Source: Ascidiella aspersa
Taxonomy: Eukaryota
DNA: 64,000 nucleotides
Assembly: GCA_963924565.1 (NCBI GenBank)
Contig: OZ004608.1
Location: 7,750,001 to 7,814,000, forward strand
Direction: 5' to 3'
Shown: in pieces, positions 11,901 to 25,500 of the stretch
Layout of the letters: each line of letters starts with the position of its first letter
How positions within the stretch are numbered: the first letter of the stretch is position 1
Notes under the pieces: generated by a model
The model's input: the letters and a program-made list of their open reading frames with translations, nothing else
The model's database searches: none
What the model was told of the DNA's origin: nothing
Translations under genes and position numbers: made by a program

Positions 11901-14805
11901 TTAATATTAGCTGACTAATGCGATAAATTATTTTTTAAATGAAACGATAAATAAATCGTTTTTTACACCAATATCTCACAACATTTATTTGTTTGTTTTT
12001 CTGTGGCGGATCACTTTTATTAAAACTTTGCTCACTTAAACCATGGTTTAAGCATCAGTTATATTATTAAAAGTAGGCCATATCTAATTACCTCCAGATC
12101 TTTCAGAAAGCGAGTGCACAAACGACTTGCCTCCTTGTATTAATAATGTACTAAGGGGGCGGAACTGGCCATCGCTGAATGACGTCTCCCCAATCTTCAT
12201 CTGCTTGACCGCGTCCGCAACCTGATATAGGATGACGTCAGATTTTATTTTGGAAAGTCTGGCTTCTAATTGATTTCTGACGTCAATCATAGTGGGGCGA
12301 TCTTTAGGGTTTTGTTTCCAGCACTTGGTCATAACATCCACAAGAAGATCGACAACTTCTCTGTCTTGCTGGTTGAGAGCGGACTTGAGTTTGTTGACGT
12401 CATCCCATAGAGGCCGTTCTCCTTTTTTTACCGCCTCAACCAATGCACCGTGACCAAGTGTGTATGGGTTCTTTCGGGTCAGCGCCATGTGAACCACAAG
12501 AGCGTAACTGTAGACGTCCATCTCTTTTGTTGGTGGCAATTGTAGACTATCAAGGCGCTCAGGAGCGGTATACGCTGGTGTGTATTGAACTTCTGTGGTT
12601 GTATCGGCTGATGAAATTGTTAGAGATGTGGTGTAGCTGCGAAATTCAGCGGCGCCGAAGTCAGCTATCTTGCACTGGAGGTTTCTGTCGAAGAGAATGT
12701 TTTCCGGTTTGATGTCTCCATGGACCAGACGCTTTTCACTGCTGAAGTTGTGGATGAAGGCCAGTCCTCTCGCAACATCAGTTAGCATTCGCAAGCGCAA
12801 TGGGATGGGAATATTAGCATCTTCGTCCATGAAGACATCTGTCAGGTTTCCATTTGGCATCAGCTCCGCCACGATTGCCATTGCGTTCTGCCATTTGGTC
12901 CACCCGTGCACACGGATGATGTTCTGGTGGTTTGCCCTTTGTATCGCTTCCATTTCTTTCTTTAATCTACAAATACAGGGAAACACGTATGGAATTTTTT
13001 TTTTAATTTTGCAATGACTTATGTCTCAGTAAAGTCATTTGAAAAAAAACTTAAGTCCAAGTCAAGCCACAGTCCCAGTCAAATCCCAAACAAGTCACTA
13101 TGAGAGCAAGTCAATTTCAAGTGAACTGTTAAACTATTAAAGCTGGTAAACTCGTCCATTTATGAACAACAACTCAACTAAAAAATAACACCAACGCAAA
13201 ATACTACAATCAAATTCTTTAACGTGCAAAACTAGAGATAATTTTACTGAAAAACGCTCAATGTAATCCCAAGATATTGGACAAAAAAGACTTTATTTTT
13301 CCTAAAGACTTAGATCAAGTCAAGTAATTTTGGTCAAAATAATTAAGTCAAGTCAACTTATTTATCAACAGTGACTTAAGTGCACTTAAGTCATTATAAC
13401 ACTGGGTGTTACTATCGCATCCCCATGTCAATTAAAACGTGTTCTTAAAGTTGTAAGGGTCATTTTCGCAACATTTTCTAACGTGTGAAGCTTGACAGTC
13501 GCTTAAGCTGGAGTTATGAGGTCAAGATGGAAAATATATTAGGTTTTATCACCTCAGTCTACCACCAGGTGTACGCATATTTTACACAAACTACAGATAT
13601 TGGCATTTAAAGTAAGTGGTATAATTGATTCAACGCACCCCCCAATTCGCGTAATGATCAGAACAAAAATATTTTACTTTGTTCTGTGCTTGCAAAATGC
13701 TGTATCATCTTGATTGTGCTTTATTTCTCGCACGATATTTTTTGTTTAGTGACAATGTCATTTTAACAAAGACAGGATTTAGGCCGCATTTGTTTTGAAC
13801 ACGCGTAATAGGAAATAAAATGTTTTAAGTATGAAAGAAATTGACTCATGAAAACTAATTGTCAGCGTGTTTGCAGTACAAGATACAACTTTTGCAAAAT
13901 TAGAGTTCCCTGATTACTTAAACTCGTGACGAGCAGGTGACTTGAGTATGGGTCTTACTTTTTTTCCAGTAGATCCTTTTGTTTTCGGCTGCCAGTGACT
14001 GGAAAGCACTTGAGAGCCACCAAGCCAATCGAGTGATGTCTTGCGAGTCGAATTACTCCGAATGAACCCGATCCCAACTCGCCCTCTTCGCCTTCAAGGA
14101 TTTCAACCTCTTCGCAGGGAATTAAGCAGAACTGTTTCGGAAGTGAAAATAGATTATGATTTGACTCTCATAGTGACTGTGTATTGTCAAAAGAGTAGTA
14201 TGTAGTGTCGAAATAGTTTAGATAAAATCGTAAAGATAATTAACGACCCATAAGCCAATATATAAGCGGTTTCTTCACTGGGATAAATTTTGATGGTCGA
14301 GAGGAGTAGGATGGTTAATTCTAAAGGATTTTTGTTGTGAATAAAACCATGTGACGTCACACGACAAGGTTTTTAAAAGGGATTTATCTCTGTTTACAAT
14401 TGGTATTGCCTTCTGGCTTCGGTTCAATAAAAAAAACCTAAAAAATGATTGCGATGAGTACCGATAACTAAATCCACATAAAAGCAATTCATAAATATCG
14501 AAGTTTCGTAATTTAGAGAATTATAAGGTGAGAAAGTAGGGTGCTTAGATTTGCGTCAAGGATTTGAAATAGCTCTATACAACGCCCGAAAATAACGATT
14601 TTCTAACCACGTGGGGTCATAAAAGAGGAGAAAAAAAAAACTCTTGACACGTTAGACGATATTCCTGGTAAACATTTCTTTACCTTAAAGGCGAAATGTA
14701 ATTCTGAAATTATGGAAAATTGTATTTTTTTGCTAAAAATCGATTTCCTTGTATATATTATAATAAAGGCATTGTTACTGTACTTACTAGGGAGTTGTCC
14801 GCCAT
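8988..14805 (-). CDS. RIPK/IRAK-like non-RD Ser/Thr kinase with C-terminal TPR-like domain, paralog A, 6 exons, ~654 aa
   Basis: Exons 14805-14788 (MADNSL, least certain), 14131-13959, 12966-12092, 11762-11670, 10091-10029, 9730-8988; GT-AG, one continuous frame. Kinase motifs GSGSFG, VALK, HGDIKPEN, DFG, APE, DVYSY, CW...P.DRP. TPR-like CLNNIGTTYDNMSKYKLAATYYKQAI. Exon sizes 173/875/93/63/743 match paralog B exactly. Confidence 0.85.
10576..11033. mobile_element. hAT-type MITE rich in GGAGCC/GGAGCT subterminal repeats
   Basis: TIR CAGGGCTGGGGAGCC / GGCTCCCCAGCCCTG; exact TSD GTTTTAAT at 10568-10575 and 11034-11041. Confidence 0.9.
13008..13404. mobile_element. Degenerate MITE with AAGTC subrepeats
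   Basis: Repeated CAAGTC motifs; right end AAGTCATTATAACACTG pairs imperfectly with left CAATGACTT; no clear TSD. Confidence 0.45.
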
Positions 14806-15771
14806 TTTGTAAGCAATGCAAACTTGGTTACTTCAGTTGTTTGCTTATTGTGCTGTAGTCAATTAGGCTAGCTTGTTGCTAACTAAACAGGCAAATACCT
14901 TAATCAAAGTTCACTATCCACAATTATTTCAGAGCAACTAAACCTATTTACATAAACTTTAATTACAATTGGGCTAATATGCTATGTCGAGCCGTAAAAA
15001 TTGTAGCACTGCAATAACCTCAACGAGCATACAAGGTCGTATAAAGCCTATGTGAGTGATTTGAATTAAACCAAGTAGGCTGCGCTTTGTTCAAAGACTG
15101 GTCGAGTTACGCAGCCTATGCTGTATAGGTTACACAGACAATAAGGCTTTTCCCAAATGCTCCAGCAGGTGTAAAGTTTCAAACTCTTTGTAGGAATCTT
15201 CGTTTGATTTTTCTTACATAGGCTTAGGCCTTAACCGACTTACCTTTTATCATAAACGATAGTTAATGTTAGTAGGATAATATAGCCCCAGTGCATATTA
15301 TTGGACTACTGTACATTCAACCGTCATTTCATTAATTTTTTAACGCCTTTTTGATAAAATGTGAAACCTAATCAAGGACGTGCAGTCAGGGGGGCAGGTG
15401 AGGCACTCTGGAACCCCAAAACGGCCGTAGTTGCAGCCTAGTAGCTCATTAGTTTTTCTAGTAAAAGCTGAAAATATGAATTAGTGTTTATTTAATATGC
15501 GGCCCTCCTGTAAGCATTACATTTCCTTACTGGCCCTTGTTTAAAAAAGGTTGCCCACAACTGATTTACAGTAAGATTCTCTCACGCTATGGGCTTTTCG
15601 TCACTATTGGACAGGGGCGGATTCGGGGTTTTAATTTGGGGGGACATAAATTTTTCAGAGATTAATATAACAATTACCCTTTAAAAATGTTCTCGAGTAA
15701 AGTCTTAATAGATATAGTTGAAAACCAGTCTAATCGTATAAGGGTAGATTGCCTTTAAAACAGCGTTTATC

Positions 15772-16023
15772 AAATATAGTTTATGGCGCCCTAGTTTAAC
15801 AAAATTTGTATCGAAAAGGCCCGATTTTAATAAATTTTGTATCCTAAAGGCCAGATTTGAATAAATTTGTATCCTAAAGGCCCACTTTTAACAAATGGTG
15901 TAGACTAAAGGCCCCCTTTAAAAACATTTCGTAGCCTAAAGACCCACTTTCAACAAATGATGTACGGTAGCCTAAGAGACAACTTTTAACAAATGTTGTA
16001 GCCTAAAGGCTTAGTTTAACAAA
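15772..16023. repeat. Minisatellite, ~31-bp unit, ~8 diverged copies, in the spacer between the kinase-TPR genes
   Basis: Units resembling AAATTTGTATCCTAAAGGCCCACTTTTAAC. Confidence 0.8.
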
Positions 16024-16524
16024 CCTTTTTCATACCGCTGCCAGCTTTCATCAAAAGCTTAATTTTGGGGGTAAAAATATTTTTTTTGGCAAATAAATTT
16101 TCGAGGTCAACAAGCTGCGTCATTCAACAGATTTTTTTGCCCGTTTAAAATTAAATGGAAGAAGTTATAATTTATCCATATTCATAAGTCTAATTAACAA
16201 ACGTTAATTAAAAAAAATCATAATAGGGTAGCGGCTTTATGCCCAGTATCATATTCGTGTTAAACATTAAACTTGTTTTCAGAAGCCTCCGTGTTTGTCA
16301 ACTAACAAAAACTCAGATATAGTTTGAACTTTAATCTAGCTGAGTGGCTTAAGGCTGGTTCAACATGGCTTACAGCAATTGTAGAACTCAATATAGGTCG
16401 CCAAAAGCATATTCATCTTTATGAGTAAATGGGATTAGCTATCGAAATGATGACGTTTATTGAATATTTAAAGTAAATGTGTAATTTGTTTTAAGTTTTT
16501 TAAAACTAGTTAAAGCTGATAAAA

Positions 16525-19500
16525 ATGTCTTTGTCGATGGCTACAGCTGAACAAGTAAGTGTAGTGTGCATAACATTTTCCATGTGAAGTTAAGTTTAAA
16601 TAACCATAACTAAAAGTACAACTATATGATAAATTTAGTGTAATAAATAAATCAGATCGGTTCAATATTTTTGTTTTTATAGTGTTGAACAGCCTCGTGT
16701 TTTCTAACAGCAAATCTCAATAGAAAAGCCTTGATCACCCTTATATCTATAAATAAGTACCAAGCAACTATTTAGGAATAACACTTCTGATAATTCATAT
16801 GACAATAAATTATTTTGCAAAGCTGATTTAGGAATTTGCTATTTGAAATCAGACTCTTAGTGGGTCGCAAATCTTTGGAAAACAATAAACATCACCATTC
16901 ACCAGGTCAAAGTAAACTCTTAAAGGATAATTTAACAACATAAAAGACTTGATATATAAGGACTGTAAATCTAATTAAACCTAAACATTATTTTTATCGA
17001 ATGCTATATTCTCTATTGATCCAATATTTTTATTTTCCTATAGTTTCGTTCCATTCCTTGCAACGAGATTGAAATCCTCAATGGCGAAGAGGGCGAGTTG
17101 GGATCAGGTTCATTCGGAGTAGTTCGACTCGCAAGGCATCACTCGATTGGCTTGGTGGCTCTCAAGTGTTTTCCAGTCACTGGCAGCCGAAGGCAAAAGG
17201 TTCTGCTGGAAAAGAAGTAAGTGTCTAAGAGTAAGGAACCCCAGGCCCAAAAGTTTAAGTTGTTACTAAACGAAAAAAAAAACCACTATGTAACGTCATA
17301 GTTTTCTGTATAATATTAAATTCTAGGCTACTTCTCTCCGCAATTAAAACTTTATGTAAGAAAAACTTAACAACACTTTTTGGGGGTTTGGGGCACATGG
17401 CCATGCCCCCACACCCTTCTACCACAAAAAGAAAAACCATACTTTGTGCCTATGTTAACTAAGTAAGTACAAAAAATAATTATGTTTCTACCAAGTCTTA
17501 TTCCACTATATTAAAATCGTTTTAGCTTGGCTTAGTGCATCCCATCGCACCGTAAAAAAAAAGTTTGGGCAATTTAGAAGTTATTGTAGCGACTTTTTAG
17601 TTATGTTGAGAAACTTATGGTAGTATCCTATATTCGTTTAATAAGTAACAAAACCTAAAGTCGCTAAGTGAGTTCTATCCGGGTAAATATAAATTCTATT
17701 CTGTCCTTAGGAATAATTAAACACAACAAATGTATCTCTTTAGTATATATTGGGTTAAGTGTAAAAGATGAGCGTTAATAACTATCACAAACAAGAGTTT
17801 AGCATTACTATCGGCATTACACAAATCTACTTACAATATTATTGTCAAATCATAGCATGTTACTGCAATAACCACGAATCAAAACTGGCATATTAGAACC
17901 GAATCGTTCTCAAATATATAGCACAAAATGCAATACAATTTAGCAAAGTCATCACGCTAACAATTCTATTTTTGGCCAAGTTGGTAATTTAGAAACACAA
18001 AAAAAGTCCATCAGTCGTTCAAAGACCTGCAGACTAGGCAGCAGGAATTTGCTAAGATAAACAGTACACAGGACTGGGCGCCCACTTATCTCGCCCGAGT
18101 GGCCATCGCTTCGGGCAGCGAATGTCGCTCGCACGCACAGGCTACATTAACATTGTATGCTCTAAATAACCGAAATAAAGTCGTGGTAATGTACACCTGA
18201 AAAAGATAGAAAGGAACAGAAAATAACTACATTAATTTCGAAATGCAAAAACACTTTAGAATTATCGCCGTCTTAAAACCTATTTAACAATTCGTAATAA
18301 CTCCTAATGATAGTGGAACTTTGAGATTATAGCTTGTGACAATTAACAAATTTAGGTGTTTACTGTGTTGATAAACACGTAACACTTATAAGGCCTCTTT
18401 TGTGAATTAATTACATCGTTGAAGCTTTTGTATTGAAGACAACACTTGTCCAATCTACAACTAACAAAATAAAGGAACTGTGTGCTGTTTATAAGGTTAG
18501 GCTACATCATTTTGTCACGTTCAGATATAACTTAATGCCGACACATTTTGACACAACGTTGTGACGTCACGGTATGTGGTAACTTTGTGACGTTACTTTA
18601 TGACGAAACTTTGTGACAACATCTCTGAAAAAATTGTCCGCGCCTGATCACAGTGTATTTTTAATCGCACGAATTACGATAAAAACTTTGTATTCAGGAG
18701 ACATATAACGCATTAGGCACACAAAAATTATTGCACATTGCTTTGAGCCTGCAGCTAAAAGGCTGTTTAGAAATCACGCAAAATTTTCACGCGATGTTCA
18801 CAACAGTATACGTTTCCTTTATGTTGTTGCAATAGGCGTTAGACATAACACAATTTATTGCAAAAACAGTATAGAATTGTGCAAACCGGTAAAACATGAA
18901 TACCCCCGCGTATGTTACTTTGAAAAGGTGTAAGAAAAATACTTGTAAAAAGTTGGAAAATGTTTATCTTAGTTGAATTATAATTAAAGTATAGAGCTTT
19001 TATAGCTTCGCAAATATGCTAAGTTATAAAATACAGAAAAATGCCAGAGGTGCACGACAAATTTTAGCTCAATAGATGAGTTCCAAATCAGCAAAAAGTA
19101 AACGAAAGTTTTGCGCGACGATTTTTAAATTTTGACAAAACCTGTTTGGAGATGATTGGCATGGCGTGGTCTCACACCCGTGTACACAACGTAGGTCTCA
19201 ACAAACCGTACCATACTGTAGCCTACTAAATACATCCCATAGGACAATGTTCGACAACCCTTAGTCGCTGTCCAAAGTCGAACCCAGAGTGGTTTCAGCA
19301 CGCCAAAATAAAATTTGAATTTTGTTGTTAAAACGTGTAGTTTTAATAGGTTTGTTTTACCAACTGTTGAACAGGAGCGGGTTTAAAACGATTTTACCTC
19401 TAAAAATCGGTCTAATTAAATGTAAGAAGAGATGGTTTTAAAAGCGTTCAAAAACCAAAACGTGTTTGCTAGTTTACAATGTGAGTTTACAGGGTGTCAC

Positions 19501-22500
19501 CAATGTAAACAATGAAAGGATGAAATAACAATACTTTAAGAAACGCGAAAATTTTAATCGTTTTTCCAGATTCCAGTAATCAGTTAGTGTGTGGTGGTTG
19601 TTCACTTTTACACCGGTGGCCACCAAACTATGTTCCGCTGGATGATTGACACATCTTAATTCCGACTTCATATAAAACCCTTAAACAGAGTTTCGTAAAC
19701 CATGATGGCAGTTTGATTTGCTTGGGTCGGCGACTAAAGAAGTTCGCATGGTTAGATTTATTAACATTGGTTTTAAACAAGATTTCTACAATATTTGAAA
19801 AAATGCCGAAGCGAGACGAAGACTTAAATATGGAGCTGTTAAACTCTTAAGGTTAAGATCAAGTTTAAATGAAGTCCTATAAAGACGCATTGAGATATAT
19901 TAGGTTCAACAGCAGTTAAACTGCCTATTCCGCATATACAAATAATTCGATCGCCATTTTTCAAAGTGTCATTATCGTAAAACATCAAACTCCAGGTGGC
20001 AAAGTAAAGCACAAAAATAGTATAATGTTACATTTGTGGCACAAAATGGAGCCTTTTTCGTATCATTTGATCTACTGCAGTGGTCGGCAAACTGTGGGCC
20101 GCATAGCCATTTTTAGTGGGCCGCGAGTTACTTTAGAAAAGCTGAGTGTCATCAAGTAGTTGTGGGCCGCGAGATAGCCGAACGTTCATTGCACTGAATT
20201 TTAAAAGTTCTTCTTTCTAATAAATTTAATTGCCTAAGCGCGGTGCTGACCCGCGTGCCAAATGTGTCCATGAGAGTGCCTATAGCCCACTTCAACTATG
20301 TAAACGCAAATTGTTTTGCGCTTCGCGTGTTTTTTTTTCGTTTAATAGTATCTTTGCAATACATTATGACATGGCAGCGTCGGTATCAAGGCGCCGTGTA
20401 ATATTTCACCTTTTCTTGGTGTCAAGTTCTGTCAACAGCCTAACATGGGTGAGCTTGTACTCCCTGCGTAATGCAATTTCTACCAAAATATATCATGTAA
20501 TTTACACAAACATCGTGTAAACGTGTTTCGTGCGAAACTTTTTACGTGGCTGCGAGTGCCGCCAATTAGCTGTGGAGATTATATAGTGTTAAATTGTTTA
20601 TGCGTCGTGTGGCTCATAACTTTACAGTCGAATTTCTGGTAAATTAAACTATAAATGCCGTACCATCGAGCAATATTCGAATCCTTTTATGTGCAATATG
20701 CGTCACGTATCTTTTCATTTTTGCCAAAAACCAATAAACCCTATTTATTTATTTTTTTTATACGCGAATGTTGATTTTACATTCATATATGCGCACGAGT
20801 TCGTTCGAGAACAACAAAAGTGTTTCTCAGAACAATTGTTATATAACGTAACTTTGTGGCGTCATGCTAGTTTCTCCAACTCAAAACAAATATACTGGTT
20901 CCACTGCTGTTTTTGTAGTAGTTTTACCTAGTGGGCCTTCAATAGCTCTGAAAAGATTACTTTGGGCCGTGACAAAAAAAAGTTTGCCTACCACTGGCCT
21001 ACTGCATTAAATATTCTAGTGTTACTTTAAATGATCTTAGTGTGCTTTCTGTCGTACCACGATGAAAGAACTTAATAAACGTTTCAAACTTGCCAACATA
21101 ATCCTAGAAAACGCGGACAAATGTCGTTTAAAATTATTTTAATTACGATTTGGACGTGTTATTAGTGTCTACATAAGGACCTATTCTGAACATATTTCCT
21201 ATACGCGTTTGCCCGTATTTGCAGGTTAAAGAAAGAAATGGAAGCGATACAAAAGGCAAACCACCAGAACATCATTCGTGTGCACGGGTGGACCAAATGG
21301 CAGAACGCAATGGCAATTGTGGCAGAGTTGATGCCAAATGGAAACCTTAGAGATGTCTTCATGGACGAAGATGCTAATCTTCCCATCCCATTGCGCTTGC
21401 GAATGCTAACGGATGTTGCGAGAGGACTGGCCTTCATCCACAACTTCAGCAGTGAAAAGCGTCTGGTCCATGGCGACATCAAACCGGAAAACATACTCTT
21501 TGACAGAAACCTCCAGTGCAAGATAGCTGACTTCGGCGCCGCTGAATTTCGCAGCTACACGACAACTCTAACAGTTTCATCTGCCGCTGCAAGCACAGAA
21601 GCTCAATACACACCAGCGTATACCGCTCCTGAGCGCCTTGTTAGTCTACAGACGCCGCTTACTAAAGAGATGGACGTCTACAGTTACGCTCTCGTGGTTC
21701 ACATGGCGCTGACCCAAAAGAACCCATACACACTTGGTCACAGTGCATTGTTTACGGCGGTGAAAAAAGGAGAACGTCCTCTATTGGATGACGTCAACAA
21801 ACTCAAGTCCACTCTCAACCAGCAAGACAGAGAAATTGTCGATCTTCTGGTAGATGTTATGAAAAAGTGCTGGAAACAAAACCCCAAAGATCGCCCCACT
21901 ATGATTGACGTCCGAAATAAACTGGAAGCCAGACTTTCTAAAATAAAACCTGACGTAATTTTGCATCAGGTCGCTGACGCGGTCAAGCAGATAGACATTG
22001 GTGATACGTCATTCAGCGATGGCGAGTTCTCGCCTCTTAATACGTTAACTCTACAAGCAGGCCTAGTTGTCACACACTCGCCTTCTGAAAGACCTGGAGG
22101 TAACTCAATATGACTTAATTCTGGTTTAGGTGAGCAAAGTTTGAATAAAAGTGGTGCGCTACAGAAAGGCAAACAAAACAAATGATCTGAGATAAGGGTG
22201 TAAAAAATGTTTTATTAGTCGTTTAAATTAATTAAATTACATTATTGCACTTTAGGTTCACACGTCAAGTTGTTTTTTAACCAAACCTACCATTTAGCTA
22301 TACTTAATAATTATTTATTAAAAATGAATTCCTGGCTAATGGAATTGTGTGTAAAATCTAACAAACTTTGGAACTCAGGCCTAAAACGTGTACACAGACA
22401 GATAATATAATTTTTTTTTTGTTTTATGTTTCTAGAAGTTGAGGCTTCTAACCAAATCACCTACGACGAACTGCACAGTACGCCTGGTACATCGCAGCAG

Positions 22501-25500
22501 TCTGACCAACAAGCACAACGTGGTGCAGGTTATTTCTGTTGTTGGCACGATGTTTACAATTATAAGGCTTAATTCAACTGTCTGGTGTTGTCAAACTATA
22601 AAGCATTTGTATTCTGTAAACATTCAATCATAATTATCCCCAGTTAGGACTGCAGAGAGGGTTTAATTTAAATCAAGTTCGACTCATAAAGTTCGAAATA
22701 AAATCGAATCTAGAGTTCATCACCCGACTACAACTCAAACTGCGAAACCCGATATACCACCAATCCACACAATTAAAACAGGGCGGACACAGCAATCCAC
22801 TCATAGTGGTGTTAAACAGGGTGGGCCGGAAAAACCTACCACATTTCAAATTGTCACTGTACCAAAGCTTTAGCAGTACGACAGGAGGTTGAATTGAAAT
22901 ATTGCAGCAAATAACTTACGATTTGTGAAGTAAATAATGTATTGTGCAAATTTTTACAATTTTGTATCTGTATGTAAAATGGCCTGGACTGGCGAACACC
23001 GTGCATTTATTGTGGAAGATTTCGTTAGAAATGGTGAATCTGAGACTCGAGGGCGCCATCTACAGGATGTAAAACATAAATAGATCAAATAGTAACCTTT
23101 TGACTTTCGAGATGAGACAATACATGTTTTAATTGCTTAAAAATTTTGTCTCTTTTTCCCACTTTCAAATGTGATAAGTTTTTCTGCCGCACCCTTCACC
23201 AGTCCGCGCCATTTTACATACAGATACAAATGCACAATACATTATTTACTTATAAAAACTAAAACCTGAAACACAAATGGTAAGTCGTTTTTTTTCTTTT
23301 TTTTTTCTTTTTTATGGTAAGTCCTTTGCTGCAATATTTCAATTAGACCTCTTGTCAAACTGCTACAGCTTTGGTACAGTAACAATGTGAAATGTGGTAG
23401 GTTTTTCTGGCCCACTCTGTATAGCATTGTAGGTAAAAACGTTCCACCCCATTCTATTCCGCGTTTACGATTTACATTACCCTTTACGATTTACATTCCC
23501 CTTTACGATTTTAGGACGTTCTTAATGGTTACAAACTTGCTACAGCGCAAAGCACGACGGAATTCAGCCAAATAAAACGACTTTGTCAGGTCCTGAGCCG
23601 GATCAGAATCCCAAATCTGCAGTCCTGTCCGAAGTATTTTTTTAAAACAAAAATATTATCCTTGCCCTGATTAAATTGTTTTGACTAATTTATAATAACT
23701 AATTATTTTTTATATCAATAGAATATTTACAACAGGATAGAAAAGTTCAATTTTATAATCAATTTAAAAGTTTGGCTTGTCGAAGAAAAAAAACTGTTCA
23801 AACACAATTACTCTATAAGTCTATAAGATATGTTTTGGGATTTTTTAAGCTATTCCTATTAATAAATCAAATATCAGTAGTCACTTGGTTTAAGAAAATA
23901 ACATATTGCATTTTTATCAACACGTCGTTTTCGTTTTTAACGTAACCTACAATTTAGCTATGCTAAATAATTATTTACCTAAAATTGGATTCCTGGCTAA
24001 TGGAATTCTGTGTCAAATTTAACAAACTTTGGAACTCAGGCCTTAAACGTGTACACAGACAGACAATAATTAATCATTCCATGCAAATTGTTCGAATTAC
24101 TTTAATTTTATGTTGTTTTATGTTGCTAGAAGTTGCAGCTTCTAACCCAACAACTTACGACAAACTGCACAGTACGCCTGGTACATCGCAGCAGTCTGAG
24201 CAACAAGTACAACCTGGTGCAGGTTATTTCTGTTGTTTACACGATGTTTACAATTATAAGGCGTGTTTCACTTGCCGAACGTCATTCTACTCCGATTTCT
24301 AAAGTTCCCCTAAGCAACAATTTATTTCTGATTTCAATACACACATCCTGATTTTGGGAATATCTTTACAACAAAGTAGGAATACTTCTTTTTGTTACTA
24401 GCTTTGAAAGTTTGACAGTGGCACGTCGCGGAAAAAAAAAGTTTCTCGAAACTCTCCAAACACAATTATCTAAACTTATCTTTATCGTCTTTTAAGTTAC
24501 TTTGGTCATTGAATTCTGGCCACCTGCTGTTAGGTTCGCATGCCAATTTTCCGGTTTTATTTATAGATAGCGATTTCATTGAGACAGCCATTAGTGGAGA
24601 AGAGCTTCGAGCGACGTTTAAACAACACAGTGAGTAGCCTAACATTACATAGATGTACACAAGATGATGGGTGTACAAAATACTAAAAAAATAGATAACG
24701 GATATTTAATTGAAAAGCCTTATTTTTCAATTTTGTAGCCTAAAGCTTCAAGAAGTGTTAACTATTCAATATCAGTTTAAATAATAACGGTGTTATATCC
24801 ATTAAGAATCAATTTCTTTTCGGTTATAATGCCGCTGTTAACAAACAACCAAAGATTTTATGAATACATTTAAATAACATAATTAATTTAAAAATTAATG
24901 TAAAGACTCTGTATTTATTATTTTAAAGGTAGTGACTTAGAAAAACTACTGAAGGCGTGTTTGCAACATTTCAAGATGCTGCGATTCGGCAAAGCACGTG
25001 ACCAAGTCGAGAGGTTGCTGAAGTTGATCCGCGAGCGCAAATATTCATCCGCCGTCGAGCTGGAAGTGTTGGCGTTTAAGCTGCGCAAGAAGAAGCACTA
25101 CTTACAATCTGCCGCCTTCTACCGCGTCGCGGCATCGCTCCACACAAACAAAGTCAACACTGAACACGCCTTGGAAGGAATTAAGAGATGTGTTGAAGGA
25201 ATGACAATCGTAAATAAAGAACTTGCTGCGTGTGACGTCAGCGCAAAACAAGCCATTACCAAACACGTGATCCCACTAATGCGTGACGTAAGGCATGAGG
25301 TGCAAAAGGTGAGAAACGTCGATGGGGATGCGAGCTGTGTGTACGAAGCTTGGTGCCTGCATTTGATTGGCATGAGTCAATATTACATCAAGGAGTGGAA
25401 GCATTGGGAAGTTACATTGCAAGAAACGATCGCCTTGATGGAAAATCGTTTAGGTACTGACTCCGCCAAGTACAAAGTTTACTGTTACTTTTTGCACAAC

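Noticed and set aside
14139-14148. Ets-IRF composite site GGAAGTGAAA
   Set aside because: It is the complement of the exon-2 polypyrimidine tract and is absent at the equivalent position in paralog B.
21985-22020. RHIM motif after the kinase (QIDIG / QMKIG)
   Set aside because: Lacks the core Gln of (I/V)Q(I/V)G and differs between paralogs.
23985-24302. Small secreted Cys-rich peptide ORF between kinase and TPR
   Set aside because: The hydrophobic 'signal' is a polypyrimidine tract and the Cys tail is intron. Only the 93-nt internal exon stays in frame in all three copies.
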